Source of the DNA: a virus
Taxonomy: Duplodnaviria > Caudoviricetes
IMG/VR virus record: IMGVR_UViG_3300037393_000027
Coordinates: 1-53,682 of that record
DNA: 53,682 bases
Reading direction: 5' to 3' (one strand)
This document shows, one piece after another, positions 52,676 to 53,682 of this stretch. The position numbers and the translations under genes were made by a program. The notes under the pieces were generated by a model. That model worked only from the letters and a program-made list of their open reading frames with translations. It had not been told where the DNA came from and made no database searches. Numbering within the stretch: position 1 is the first letter of the stretch; every line of letters starts with the position of its first letter.

Positions 52676-52846
52676 GCCCCACCGCCTTCCTGCTCCAGCA
52701 CCTGCTCCGCCCCCTTCTGAAGCAGCGCGGTCAGGCTGGTTCGCTTCTCGATGGCGAGGATGCGGAGGGCTCGATGGAGCTTGCGAGGGAGGCGCATCGA
52801 GAAAGACTGAAGGTCATGGTCGATCACTTGTTCTTCCATGCGTTGA

Positions 52847-53290
52847 TTATACCTCCGTTGGTTCGGACGTCAAGGGCTCCTCGCCCCTCACCCACTCCGC
52901 CATGCACCGAGTGCAGCCAACGCGATCGGGATCATCGACGCAGACGTAGTCCCCGTCCTCGTCGTAGAGATGCTTACCGTCAGCGCCCTTCTTGGCCACG
53001 CGGATCGGCTCAACGCCCGGATGCCCAAGCTTCCCGCACAGCCATATGGCCGCATCGTAGACCAGTCGATTGTCGCGGCCCCAGAAATAGACGCTGCTGC
53101 CCTCCTCGGAGTCCGGGCAGCCATGGCACGAGATCCAGCCCAGGAATCCGCCCCAGGGATTGAACCCCTCGTACCAGTGAACATCATGGCCCTTCGCCCA
53201 GTGGCGCAGGCCGTGGAAGCGAGCGTGGATGGCCCACCAGACGAACTGCGGGTAGGTTTTGGTCAGGTACCATGCGCGACGCCAGTTCAT
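52847..53290 (-). CDS. hypothetical protein
   Basis: MNWRRAWY..., GAGGAGG RBS, C..LGH..C.RC. Confidence 0.5.
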   Translation of the reverse strand: MNWRRAWYLTKTYPQFVWWAIHARFHGLRHWAKGHDVHWYEGFNPWGGFLGWISCHGCPDSEEGSSVYFWGRDNRLVYDAAIWLCGKLGHPGVEPIRVAKKGADGKHLYDEDGDYVCVDDPDRVGCTRCMAEWVRGEEPLTSEPTEV

Positions 53291-53682
53291 TCTCGTCCTC
53301 CTCTCTCGGCGAGAGCCTTGTCGATTGACTCCAGGTAGGACGACTCCGGAGTGCGAGCAGAACTCCATGGAGTCGAAGCGCCGGGGAATCTCTTCTCAAG
53401 CTCCTCCAAGAGACTGACGAAGCGGTGCTCAACGGTGCCGGGCTCCATGCTGTACTTGATGTTCTGATAGACGATCATCGCCAGGGTCTCATTCACTCCC
53501 CACCTCCAACCGGCCTCGGTCTCCCGAACTCCCGAATGATGTTCGAGGCGATGAGGAGCTGTCCGTTGCGCCGCCATTTGCCATAGAAGTCCTGCTCGAA
53601 CCTCGGCCGCCAAGTCTCCGGGCTAGCGGCCTCAAGGACGGCCAGAAAGACCGACTTCGCCTTGCCGACCGTGACTACAGGA

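Noticed and set aside
1-53682. CRISPR array, integrase/att site, DGR reverse transcriptase, RiPP maturase, endolysin
   Set aside because: No regularly spaced repeats or diagnostic motifs seen by eye; they may lie outside the window or be too divergent to recognise

Overview
The window looks like most of a GC-rich dsDNA tailed phage genome with a podovirus-like layout; no tape measure, integrase or recognisable lysis genes were seen. (1) 1-23.1 kb, minus strand: morphogenesis module with terminases, portal, scaffold, major capsid, decoration proteins, two adaptors, nozzle and several Gly/Pro-rich putative ejection proteins. (2) 23.1-32 kb, minus strand: accessory genes, including a tandem GroES, an adenylation-subdomain/OB-fold fusion, a secreted Cys-rich protein and a cluster of two tRNAs plus a tRNA-like RNA. 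(3) 32-33.6 kb: divergent control region with palindromes. (4) 33.6-44.2 kb, plus strand: short early-type genes. (5) 44.2-53.7 kb, minus strand: SLOG, Fic, HAD hydrolase, primase-helicase, replication protein and a solo TnpB. The best candidate for an undescribed system is an array of RiPP (lanthipeptide-like) precursor peptides at 41.2-41.9 kb with no maturation enzyme in the window. Also notable are an oriented TGCGTCC(Y)TG motif concentrated in the early region and a recurring TAACCCCTTGACA promoter at gene-cassette boundaries. All calls come from reading the sequence and recalling family motifs; no database search was run.
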